Source: Tolypothrix carrinoi HA7290-LM1 (lineage in GTDB: Bacteria > Cyanobacteriota > Cyanobacteriia > Cyanobacteriales > Nostocaceae). From it: 29,215 nucleotides of DNA. Numbering within the stretch: the stretch's first letter is position 1; each line of letters begins with the position of its first letter. Shown in pieces: positions 9,034 to 17,993 of the stretch. The notes under the pieces were generated by a model that was not told where the DNA came from, searched no databases, and was given only the letters and a program-made list of their open reading frames with translations. The DNA lies in NCBI GenBank assembly GCA_019358935.1, contig JAHHIK010000101.1, positions 1 to 29,215 of the forward strand, read 5' to 3'. Made by a program: the position numbers and the translations under genes.

Positions 9034-9123
9034 GAGGCAGTGCGGTCTTGGGGTCTCCCCAAGTGGAGGAGGCAGTGCGGTCTTGGGGTCTCCCCAAGTG
9101 AAGCACCTGCCGTCATCTGCCGT
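9034..9123 (+). mobile_element. 45-bp hairpin element nested in a copy of itself, inside a GGGAAA(A) tandem tract
   Basis: Outer 9034-9068 + 9114-9123; inner 9069-9113 GAGGCAGTGCGGTCTTGGGGTCTCCCCAAGTGAAGCACCTGCCGT. Confidence 0.82.
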
Positions 9124-9387
9124 GAAAGGGAAAAGGTGAGGAAGTAATTTTAAATATTTTTACTAATTTTAAATAACTTCGTCCCTTTCCCCCTTTTTCC
9201 TTTACCCTTTACCCCTCTTTTTTATTTAAGTTTTTAGCTTTAACTCACATTTTGCACAGAAGCAAAACGTAAACTGACTCTTAACACCAAAAAACTAGAT
9301 AATTAAGCGCTGCGATCGCCAAAATCTTCTAGGTTCTAACTCTAGGAAGAGATATAAAACAAAAATTACCAAAAAACTTAAGAGTTA

Positions 9388-9435
9388 TTAAATTCAATTA
9401 CTTGTGAACAACTTTGTACAAGTAATTGAATTTAA
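9388..9435. repeat. Perfect 18-bp inverted repeat with 12-nt loop
   Basis: TTAAATTCAATTACTTGT (9388-9405) / ACAAGTAATTGAATTTAA (9418-9435). Confidence 0.85.
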
Positions 9436-9463
9436 ATGAATTGAACTTTGAAAGTAAATTTGC

Positions 9464-10074
9464 ATGAAATTAATTAAGCAAACTAGCAAACTATTTTGAA
9501 GTTTAACCTTAGTTATGATTTTAACTATCACCAACGCCCGTGGTGTTTTGGCTGAAACTATTCATGTCAATTCGTCTTACACATACCTTGCCCAAGCGAG
9601 TACAGACTTAGGCGACCAAGTTAAGGCTAATCTCAAGAAAGCTCAAGGAAAAGCTCAAGAGACATACGGCAATATTACAGGCGATCGCAAAGCACAAATC
9701 GAAGGAAAAGTAAATCAAGCCTCGATGAACAGGGTGTGGGGTATAGGGTGTGGGGTGTGGGGACTCCTCCTTTAAAAGAGTCCTGTTCAAGTAAGGACGC
9801 GCTTACGAGCGAGTACTACGTATCGAAGAGTACATTTTTTTCTTTCTTCCCCTTAAAAGGGTCAATACTGACCAATCCTCCAGGGCGGTTTTCCCTGAAA
9901 CCTGCAACCCCAAACCTGCAACCCGCCCCGGAGGGGCTTTGGTGAGCAATTCGTTCAACTCAAGGCGGTTCTGAGTGGGATATTGAAGGTAAAACCCGCC
10001 AAGCCGAAAACAATATTCGTCGCTACCAAGCACGAGACGGCAAAGCAAATAACCTCAAAGAGGCTCTTGACTAA
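9464..10074 (+). pseudogene. CsbD-family stress protein pseudogene (premature stop plus insertion)
   Basis: MKLIKQTSKLF* (TGA 9497-99) in frame with ...KAQGKAQETYGNITGDRKAQIEGKVNQA; resumes after the insert as AIRSTQGGSEWDIEGKTRQAENNIRR...EALD*. Confidence 0.72.
9730..9941 (+). mobile_element. ~212-bp non-autonomous structured element (ATGAA^GT family), copy 1
   Basis: Interrupts csbD-like gene; clearly homologous to reverse complement of 24214-24432. Confidence 0.8.
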
Positions 10075-10206
10075 CGCCTAATTTCCAGTAAATATAGGGT
10101 AGCGATCGCTTGAGAAATCAACCAAAGTTAATTATCCAAAATTTCCATCGCTGGCGGTACTGTAATTGTCGGCAACTAAAGAAATTTCATTAATTTTGAG
10201 GAGTTC

Positions 10207-10256
10207 GTAGTGAGCGATTTATCGCTCAACTTCAACAGCTTTCATCCGCTCACTAC
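10207..10256. repeat. GTAG-type REP-like composite palindrome, possible terminator between convergent genes
   Basis: GTAGTGAGCG...CGCTCACTAC with internal TGAGCGAT-tt-ATCGCTCA. Confidence 0.6.
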
Positions 10257-10297
10257 AAACTCTTACAAATCCTCAAAACTAATGCGATCGCCCACTA

Positions 10298-11185
10298 CTA
10301 AAGCTGAAGAAGCCACTCGACAATTTGCGGATTTACCAAATCTGGTACTTCATCGTGGGGACAATGACCGGCGTTAGGAATAGGAACGATTTTGATTTCT
10401 TTGCCATTCTTACGTGCCTCCTCGTAAATCTTTGCCCCGGTGATTGGTGTCCAAGGATCATCTGCACCCCAAATTACCAACAAGGGACGCTTGACTTTGG
10501 GTAAGAGTTCCGCAGGTTGGGGACCTGGAGGTGCAGTGAGGATCGAAGCGAAAACTTGCTGCGCTCCCGGATCGCAAGAGGGAGCGTAAAGTAAATCGAC
10601 TAATTCATCGGTGACAGCTTGGCGATCGCGATAAACTTGATATAATGTCCGGCGAATTTGCTCCTTTTGACGGATGCGATTAAAAACAAATTTGCCTGAA
10701 ATTGGATGACCCACTAATCTGTTAAACGTTGACATGACAATGCGTAAGGGTGGGTTCAATTCATGAGGACGATGACTCAAACCACCCGCAGAATTAATCA
10801 AAACACCACCAGCAGCAATTTCCGGATGTTCCGCTACCACCATCAAGCTTAAAAGTGCGCCGATAGAGTTACCGATAAATACCGCAGGTTCGCTAATATG
10901 CGCTGTGCAAAAATCCTTAACTAATTCCACCCATACTTCTAAGGTGTAATTCAACGGGGGCTTATCAGAACCACCGAAACCCAACAAATCAATCGCAAAT
11001 ACTTGATAGCCTGCTGCTGCTAAAACCGGGATATTTTTCCGCCAATGTCCAATCGAAGCACCAAAGCCATGAATCAGCACCAGGGGGCGACCTGTACCCA
11101 TGACGGTATACTGAATTTTGTAGTCCTTCCAAGTCCAGAAGAGTTTTTCAAAGGTGGCTGTTGTTGGCTGGTTAGTTACAGTCAT
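10298..11185 (-). CDS. Alpha/beta fold hydrolase
   Basis: LIHGFGAS, DLLGFGGS, nucleophile GNSIG, WGADDPW, GHCPHDE. Confidence 0.93.
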   Translation of the reverse strand: MTVTNQPTTATFEKLFWTWKDYKIQYTVMGTGRPLVLIHGFGASIGHWRKNIPVLAAAGYQVFAIDLLGFGGSDKPPLNYTLEVWVELVKDFCTAHISEPAVFIGNSIGALLSLMVVAEHPEIAAGGVLINSAGGLSHRPHELNPPLRIVMSTFNRLVGHPISGKFVFNRIRQKEQIRRTLYQVYRDRQAVTDELVDLLYAPSCDPGAQQVFASILTAPPGPQPAELLPKVKRPLLVIWGADDPWTPITGAKIYEEARKNGKEIKIVPIPNAGHCPHDEVPDLVNPQIVEWLLQL

Positions 11186-11299
11186 TATTAAGATTTATAA
11201 AGTGTTTCTTAAATTAATAGTAATATTCTCTGACGTATATGGGTTAACAACAAAATGCTATTTTTGAATCAGTCCCAGTTGAGTTGAGATATTTGCTTT

Positions 11300-12253
11300 A
11301 TGAGTGTTTTTGCCAACCAACTCAAGACAGAGATTACCTACTCTATCTACCCCATCTCTGACGGTAAACCGATGGCAGAGAGCGACTCAGCACGCGATTA
11401 TCTGATTTATGGTGTTGAAGCTTTAAATATTTATTTCCAAGACCGAGATGACGTTTATGTATCAGGGAATCTGTTCATTTACTACAAAAAGGGTGTTCCC
11501 AGTGCGGTAATGGCTCCCGATGTGTTTGTAGTGTTTGGGGTTGAGAAGAAAAAGCGTCTCAGTTACAAAGTTTGGCAAGAAGCAGGTAAAGTCCCTAATT
11601 TTGTTTTAGAAATCACTTCCGCAGCTACTCAGGAAAATGACGAAACCGAAAAACCTCTGAAGTATGCGGCTTTGGGCGTGCAAGAATACTTTCAGTACGA
11701 CCCGACAGGGGATTATCTGACACCACAACTCAAGGGTTCGCGTTTGGTTGAGGGCAAATATGAATTCAGAAGGCAGCTATGCTGAGGGCAGAGGGCAGAA
11801 GGAACCCACCCTTAAAAGTGTGGGATTGAAGCAAGGACACCGTTTTTCCTCGCGCTCCTTTTCTCGAAAAACATCTTTTTTTTAAATGGGCTTTAAACCC
11901 ATAACTAAAGTTTTTTTTTAGAGGGCAGGAGACAGAATGCCTTCAGCATAGCTGCCTCCTGCCCTCTGCCTTTCTTTGTAATTTCCCCAAACCATTTACC
12001 TGATGGGGTTTTGTCAATTCATAGCGAACAATTAAGTTTAGATTTACGGCTAATTGATGGAGAATTGCGCTTCTACGATCCCCGTACTGGAAAGAAACTC
12101 TTGAGTTATCAAGAAACGGAACAAGCGCGACAGCAAGCAGAACAAGCGCGACGAGATGCAATACCTCGATTGTTGGAATTGGGATTGAGTGTGGAACAGA
12201 TTGCAGCTGCTCTTAGCTTAAGTGTGGAGGAAGTTAGGCATTTGGTTCTGTGA
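11300..12253 (+). pseudogene. Uma2-family (PD-(D/E)xK) endonuclease interrupted by a 213-bp insertion
   Basis: SDGKPMAES, APDVFVV, VLEITS, GVQEYFQYDP. Removing 11765-11977 gives continuous ...VEGKYEVISPNHLPDGVLSIHSEQL... (246 aa). Confidence 0.85.
11765..11977 (+). mobile_element. 213-bp non-autonomous structured element (ATGAA^GT family), copy 2
   Basis: Subterminal inverted arms AGGCAGCTATGCTGA / TCAGCATAGCTGCCT plus GGCAGA(A/G) repeats; excision restores Uma2. Confidence 0.82.
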
Positions 12254-12393
12254 ATAATAGAGCGATCGCTTTATCATTGCATTAGTCGAGTGCAGAAGCA
12301 AAAGAAAAATGGGAAAGGATAGGGATTGAAGAGATTGAAATTTTCTTTCTCCTCTAATCTTTATTCATAAGAGTGCAAAAGCTACTTTTGTAA

Positions 12394-12552
12394 TCGGTTG
12401 TTGGAATTGGGATTGAGTATAGAGCAGATTGCAGCTGCTCTGAGCTTAACTGTGGAGGAAGTCAGGCACTTGGTTCTGTGAATAATAGAGCGATCGCGCA
12501 CAAACATCTACTCGATAATAGAGCGATCGCTTTATCATTGCATTAGTCGAGT
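12394..12552 (+). repeat. Duplicate of the Uma2 3' end and downstream flank (12166-12291)
   Basis: Encodes LLELGLSIEQIAAALSLTVEEVRHLVL*; contains an extra ATAATAGAGCGATCGC duplication (12482-97 / 12515-30). Confidence 0.88.
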
Positions 12553-12559
12553 AGCGCAA

Positions 12560-13024
12560 TTATGATTCGGCGTGCATTACTACAACAGCATCGCCTTCTT
12601 GCAAGCTTATATCCTGGCTCAAATCTCCTTCTGACAAGTACTTATAGATATTTACGTTGATAATAGTTGGTTCTGAACTATTATTAATTCGTCGGCGAAC
12701 TTGAACCTGCCGAACATCCGCATGAACTGTTATTCCTCCAGCTATCTGAATCGCTCGAATTACAGTAGGTAACTGCTGTTTCGACACAGAACTCCCATCG
12801 GTTTGGGCTGCAACGCCAAGAAAATAACCTCCAGGACGCTGCACTTCACCGATGACCGCAATATGGATACTCTGTATTCTTTTTGGTTGAGTGTTGGGTT
12901 GAGCCTGACTCAACTGGTGTGTATGTGAAGTGGCATCAACAATAGGAGCAGCTAACGTCGGAATAACCATCATAGACACTGACAAAGTAGCACCTAAAAG
13001 CCCTATCCCAGTAAGGTATCGCAT
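12560..13024 (-). CDS. Secreted SLBB-domain protein (polysaccharide-export-like fragment)
   Basis: Signal peptide; VIGEVQRPGGY, TVIRAIQIAGG, DISLQEGDAVVV. Confidence 0.8.
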   Translation of the reverse strand: MRYLTGIGLLGATLSVSMMVIPTLAAPIVDATSHTHQLSQAQPNTQPKRIQSIHIAVIGEVQRPGGYFLGVAAQTDGSSVSKQQLPTVIRAIQIAGGITVHADVRQVQVRRRINNSSEPTIINVNIYKYLSEGDLSQDISLQEGDAVVVMHAES

Positions 13025-13264
13025 GAGAGTTGCTCTGAAAAATATAATATTGTCTGATTTATTTTGACGACTGGCACTGATTTATTCAAGTTCCTAGTTT
13101 TTACTTAGCAGCAAAATTGCCTGTTATATCTGCTGAGTAAGTACAGTTTTGTTAAGTTTCCTAAAGTATTTGTTTAAATGTTAGTTTCTCACCTGCCACG
13201 GGATTAATAGCTGAGGGAAGATTTCTTCCTATTAAACTTTTTACCCGGTTGGTGGGGTTGTGAG

Positions 13265-15313
13265 ATGACAAACTTTAATCATAGTTACTTGGCTCATTTT
13301 GGCAAAGTTTTTTTTGCTGCTGCTTATGTAGCAATAACTTCGCCAATGGCTTATGCTGCTTCAGGGTTCTCAACCACCACCGAACAAACACTGAATAATT
13401 CCCCAAGTCAACAACTTGTGGCTGATGAGTCCGGTGGTGACGATGACGACGATGACGATGATGACAGTGATGCCAAACAGGTTCAGGCAATGCCAGAAAC
13501 TGTCAAATCAGCGGTTTTACAAGACATATCCCAGCGTGCAGAAGTAGAAATGTCTTCTTTGCGGGTTGTTAAGGCGCAAAAGCAAAGTTGGTCAGATGGC
13601 TGTTTGGGTTTACAATCAGATGCAATTTGCACTCAATCTATAGTTCCAGGTTGGCAAGTAGTTGTTGCCAATGAACAGCAAATGTGGGTGTATCGCACTG
13701 ACGAATCAGGAAAAGTCGCCAAGCTGGATGAAAAATCAACTCAAGCTGTGACTGCTACGATGATGCGACGGACTTCTACGACTGCCCAAACTAGCAGTCG
13801 CACTACGATTCAGCGACGCACTCAAACTATGACTGTACGACGCAGTACTCAAGTTAGCGCTGCTAGTGTTTCTTCTGTGAAAGCGAAAACAAAAGGTTTT
13901 AGCCTTGCGATTTGGCAACCATCCGGTAACTTTTCGGAAGTAATTACTCGTATATCCATCAAGCCTAAACGTGGCAAAGGTTACTTAAAAGAGCGATTTT
14001 TGGGTGATTACAAATGCAAGATTAAACAAAAAACGAAATTTGTTAATGGATTCAAAGCAGGCGATCGCATTGTTGTCCGCTTGTACGATACCGAAAACCG
14101 CTTTATTGGCTACAGCGAATTTGAAGCAATATCTGCAAACACAACGGTTAACCTGATTTTGTCATCAAACCCAACAGAATACAAAGTTGTTCGCACTGTC
14201 TACGGTGTTGATGCAGACATGAACGGCATAATTGACGCGGGTACTACCACCTACGATTATTTCACCCAAGTGAATAATCAAAGTGTCAGCTTCCTCAGCA
14301 GTTCTCGAACAATCAAAGTTAGCCAATTTCAAGCACAAGGTTTATCGATTGCAGCAAATAGCGTTTATCCCGCTTCCTTTACCAAAGGTGAGTTTGCTGT
14401 CGTGCGTCAGTCAATGAGTGCCTTTAGTTCCAGTTTAGCAGCGGCTTTAAAAGCTGCTCCTGGCAGTTTGGTACAGGTGAATGATGTTAGCGATAACTCT
14501 AACTTTGACCTCGCGCAGATGATGATGGAATATCGAGAGGTAGGAGTCGCTAACGGTATCCAAGTCAAGTTTTCTGACGTACCGACAAATTATTGGGCAA
14601 AAGATTTTATTGCTGAGTTAGCAGCGATGGAAGTTCTCGAAGGTTTTCCTGATGGAACTTTCCGTCCAGATGAACAAGTGACTCGCGCTCAATTTGCGGC
14701 GATGATTAGTCAAGCCTTTGAAAAGGTAAAAATCCGCAATGCCATCAAATTTAATGATGTTTCTAGTAAATATTGGGCTTACAATGCGATTCGCGAAGCT
14801 TATGCAACTGGCTTTTTAGGGTCTTCTGGCAATCAGTTTAACCCTACCGCTAACCTTTCTCGCCTGGAAATTTTGCTTTCAATCGCACGCGGACTCAACT
14901 ATACTTTCAGTGGTTCCACGGAGACAATATTAGCAGCTTACACCGATGCTAGCAGCATTCGCAGTGATGTTAAGAATGCGATCGCTGCACTAACCCAACG
15001 AGGTATTGTAGTCAATTATCCAAATATCGAGTCTATCAATGCTGAAAAGGTAGCAACGAGAGCAGAAGTCTCTGCATTGCTATATAAAGCATTAGTTAGC
15101 ACCGGCGATGTTGCAGATATATCCTCGCAGTATGCTGTGGGACAAAAAGAACAACCGCAAGTTGAGGAACGTGCTGAAGTTCAGGGCAAAAAGCCTCGTC
15201 AACATTGTAACCAAGGCATTGGTAATGGTGCTGAAGGCTGCGACCCTGGCAATTCTCATCCGCATGGTGGTAGCAACGACGAAGGGGGACGAACTCCAGG
15301 CGGTAAAAAGTAA
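13265..15313 (+). CDS. Secreted S-layer homology (SLH) domain protein
   Basis: Signal peptide AYAA; WSDGCLG...CTQ...PGWQVVV module; FSDVPTNYWA, GFPDGTFRPD, TRAQFA, ATRAEV SLH motifs. Confidence 0.88.
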   Translation: MTNFNHSYLAHFGKVFFAAAYVAITSPMAYAASGFSTTTEQTLNNSPSQQLVADESGGDDDDDDDDDSDAKQVQAMPETVKSAVLQDISQRAEVEMSSLRVVKAQKQSWSDGCLGLQSDAICTQSIVPGWQVVVANEQQMWVYRTDESGKVAKLDEKSTQAVTATMMRRTSTTAQTSSRTTIQRRTQTMTVRRSTQVSAASVSSVKAKTKGFSLAIWQPSGNFSEVITRISIKPKRGKGYLKERFLGDYKCKIKQKTKFVNGFKAGDRIVVRLYDTENRFIGYSEFEAISANTTVNLILSSNPTEYKVVRTVYGVDADMNGIIDAGTTTYDYFTQVNNQSVSFLSSSRTIKVSQFQAQGLSIAANSVYPASFTKGEFAVVRQSMSAFSSSLAAALKAAPGSLVQVNDVSDNSNFDLAQMMMEYREVGVANGIQVKFSDVPTNYWAKDFIAELAAMEVLEGFPDGTFRPDEQVTRAQFAAMISQAFEKVKIRNAIKFNDVSSKYWAYNAIREAYATGFLGSSGNQFNPTANLSRLEILLSIARGLNYTFSGSTETILAAYTDASSIRSDVKNAIAALTQRGIVVNYPNIESINAEKVATRAEVSALLYKALVSTGDVADISSQYAVGQKEQPQVEERAEVQGKKPRQHCNQGIGNGAEGCDPGNSHPHGGSNDEGGRTPGGKK

Positions 15314-15354
15314 TACGACATCTCGTTTGTCGTAGAGGCTGACAAGACAAAGAC

Positions 15355-15395
15355 AAAAGGTAAAGGGTAAAATTTATTACCTTTTACCTTTTTTT
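15355..15395 (+). terminator. Rho-independent terminator, probably bidirectional
   Basis: AAAAGGTAAAGGGTAA-aattta-TTACCTTTTACCTTTT + T run between convergent genes. Confidence 0.65.
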
Positions 15396-15476
15396 ATAGG
15401 TTTTATATCATGCAATAAAGACGTTCCGGACCGAACGTCTCTACAATACAATATGTGTAATAAGCCTGTGATGATA

Positions 15477-16532
15477 TTATTCTGGTGTTAGCACTCCGTT
15501 ACCATTTTTTGTTTGATTACCTTGTGTATAAACTTCTCTAATCGGAAAGGGAATTTTAATGCCTTCTTCCTGATACTTTTTATGCAATTGCTTAATAAAT
15601 TTGTGTTTAGCAATGCGTTGGTCAAAGAATTCGTTCACCCGCATAAATACCGTAAAATCAATACTAGAATCTCCAAAAGTATGAAATCTGATAAACGGTT
15701 CATTTTCTAATAAGTCGGGTGAAACTTCTTGCATTACTTTTTTTGCAACCTCTACAGTTACTCTTTCAACTTGCTCAAGGTCGCTTTCGTAATCTACACC
15801 AACATTAATCGTTAATGTAATTTCCTTAACTGGTAAATGGTAATTAGTAAAAATCGCTGAGGCTAGTTTAGAATTAGGGACAATTATCACATTATTTGAA
15901 AGCTCTTTTATCGTCGTATTCCGCCATGTAATATCTGTAATATATCCTTCGTGTTTATCTTCTAATTTTACATAATCTCCGGTTCTAACTTGCTTAGAAA
16001 TAATTAAATAAACACCCGAAAATAAATTTGCAAGTGTATCTTGAAGTGCCAAACCAACTGCTAAACCACCAATTCCTAAAGTGGTAAGTATCGGTGTAAT
16101 TTGAATGCCAATCGTTTGTAAGATGATTAATGTTCCTAAAATTAAAATGGTAGTTGTGGCAAGGTTAGAAAGTAGTGATGCAGAAACTCCTTGTGTTCTC
16201 CGACTATATAATCTAACAAAACCAGCAATCAATCGGGCAATAACTAAGGTAATTGAATACAAAAAAACAATTGTCAGGATTGTTTGCAATACCTCGGCAA
16301 TATCTGGTATTAAGCTTCGATAAGCACGAATTGCTCCATAAAATCCAGCTAGCACAAACCAAGTAAAGGTGATGCGCTGTAAGGAGCGAAATAATATTTC
16401 ACTACCTGGTAACCGTTGGCGAGCAGCAAATGTTTTCAATTTACTAAAAACGATTTTTTCAGCAATTATTCCAGCTAGTAAGCCAGCTAAAATAAATCCC
16501 AACGGTAGAATCCATTGCATCAACATAAGCAA
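15477..16532 (-). CDS. Small-conductance mechanosensitive channel (MscS family)
   Basis: Multiple TM helices, LGIGGLAVGLALQDTLANLFSG, IIVPNSKL, GIKIPFP. Confidence 0.93.
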   Translation of the reverse strand: MLMLMQWILPLGFILAGLLAGIIAEKIVFSKLKTFAARQRLPGSEILFRSLQRITFTWFVLAGFYGAIRAYRSLIPDIAEVLQTILTIVFLYSITLVIARLIAGFVRLYSRRTQGVSASLLSNLATTTILILGTLIILQTIGIQITPILTTLGIGGLAVGLALQDTLANLFSGVYLIISKQVRTGDYVKLEDKHEGYITDITWRNTTIKELSNNVIIVPNSKLASAIFTNYHLPVKEITLTINVGVDYESDLEQVERVTVEVAKKVMQEVSPDLLENEPFIRFHTFGDSSIDFTVFMRVNEFFDQRIAKHKFIKQLHKKYQEEGIKIPFPIREVYTQGNQTKNGNGVLTPE

Positions 16533-16772
16533 ATCCCAATTTCAAGAAGATTATCAATTATGTCTGGAATATTTTCAATTTGTGATTTTCAATTCAATGC
16601 CTCCGTAATTGTGACGTTATAACCAATTTTATCGACTCAAAAATACACTTAGGTTTATTTGCTACTTGACTGTGTTTGGTTACAGTTTAAATTATACTTG
16701 GCTGAGTCAAAGAGCAACTATCACAGTTTGGGTAGTTGGCATTATTGGCGGTTAAAACTGAAAATTAATTAT

Positions 16773-17690
16773 ATGGACTTGCCAATTATTTATCACCCAG
16801 ATTACGTTGCACCACTACCTGAAGGACATCGCTTTCCGATGTTAAAGTTCCGGCAATTATACGAACTGCTGTTAGCTGACGGTGTGGCACAATTACAACA
16901 ATTCCACATCCCTGAATCTCCGCACCCTGAGTTGATAGAGTTAGTTCACAATCCAGACTACGTACAAGCTTACTGTAACGGAACGCTAGACCCAAAAGCA
17001 CAACGGCGCATTGGTTTACCTTGGAGTCCGGCGTTGGTAAATCGTACTTGTGTGGCGGTAGGTGGTACAATACTTACGGCTAAACTCGCACTAACTCACG
17101 GTTTGGCGTGTAATACTGCTGGTGGTACTCATCACGCCTTTCCCAGTTATGGTTCTGGTTTTTGTATTTTCAATGATTTAGCGATCGCCTGTCGCGTCTT
17201 ACAAAAACTTAACCTCATAAAAAAAATCCTGATTGTCGATTTAGATGTCCATCAAGGTGACGGCACCGCTTTTATCTTTCAAGATGACGACAGTGTTTTT
17301 ACTTTCTCGATGCACTGCGAAGTCAACTTTCCCGGTACTAAACAAAAAAGCGATCTTGATGTTCCCCTACCAACAGGAATGGAAGATGATGCTTATTTGC
17401 AAACATTGGCAAATTATTTACCATATTTATTGTCAGATGTCAAGCCAGATTTGATTTTATATGATGCTGGTGTCGATCCGCATGTAGGCGATCGCTTAGG
17501 AAAGTTAGCTTTAACTGACACTGGCATTTTCCGTCGGGAAATGCAGGTATTAAGTACCTGTGTAGCTGCTGGTTATCCCGTTGCCTGCGTTATCGGTGGT
17601 GGGTACGCGGATGATATCAAGTCGCTTGTGTGGCGTCACTCGTTGGTGCATCGCGCTGCGAGTCAGATTTATCAGCAGTATGGACTTTAG
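16773..17690 (+). CDS. Histone deacetylase family protein (Zn-dependent deacetylase/amidohydrolase)
   Basis: HRFPM, GGTHHA, GFCIFND, DLDVHQGDGT, YDAGVD, GGGY; ATG 16773 preferred to TTG 16659. Confidence 0.93.
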   Translation: MDLPIIYHPDYVAPLPEGHRFPMLKFRQLYELLLADGVAQLQQFHIPESPHPELIELVHNPDYVQAYCNGTLDPKAQRRIGLPWSPALVNRTCVAVGGTILTAKLALTHGLACNTAGGTHHAFPSYGSGFCIFNDLAIACRVLQKLNLIKKILIVDLDVHQGDGTAFIFQDDDSVFTFSMHCEVNFPGTKQKSDLDVPLPTGMEDDAYLQTLANYLPYLLSDVKPDLILYDAGVDPHVGDRLGKLALTDTGIFRREMQVLSTCVAAGYPVACVIGGGYADDIKSLVWRHSLVHRAASQIYQQYGL

Positions 17691-17993
17691 GCGATTTTAA
17701 GTAAGTTTCCGTGTTGGCATTTGGAACACTATAACTGAACACTTTATTGGGTTGGTTGCAGAAAAAGTTGGGGATAACGACGGTGAGTTCTTGGTCAAAG
17801 TTGATTATGCTCAACTGTCACGATGAAAAGGCTGGATTTGAAGGTTTTTTTCAGCTTTTGTCTTTTGTTTCAACAGCCAGATAAAAGTTTAGATGAGGAT
17901 GGTGAAAAGGTGATTAAAAGTTATTTGGTAAAAGAACATATTTCTATCATATTGAAGTACAAGTTCCTCCTGTGACAGAATCTAAGAAGATAG

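Noticed and set aside
8997..9220. Fourth member of the ATGAA^GT element family
   Set aside because: Has ATGAA and complementary GGGAAA/TTTCCC arms but lacks the shared core, both hairpins and the CTTTG end
8891..10048. ORFs 8891-9139, 9608-9790, 9736-9945, 9803-10048
   Set aside because: Made of repeat or inserted-element sequence; no protein motifs
16659..16772. N-terminal extension of the deacetylase
   Set aside because: Family similarity starts at MDLPIIYHPDY (ATG 16773)
17700..17990. Possible gene remnants after the deacetylase
   Set aside because: Only short open stretches with no recognisable motif
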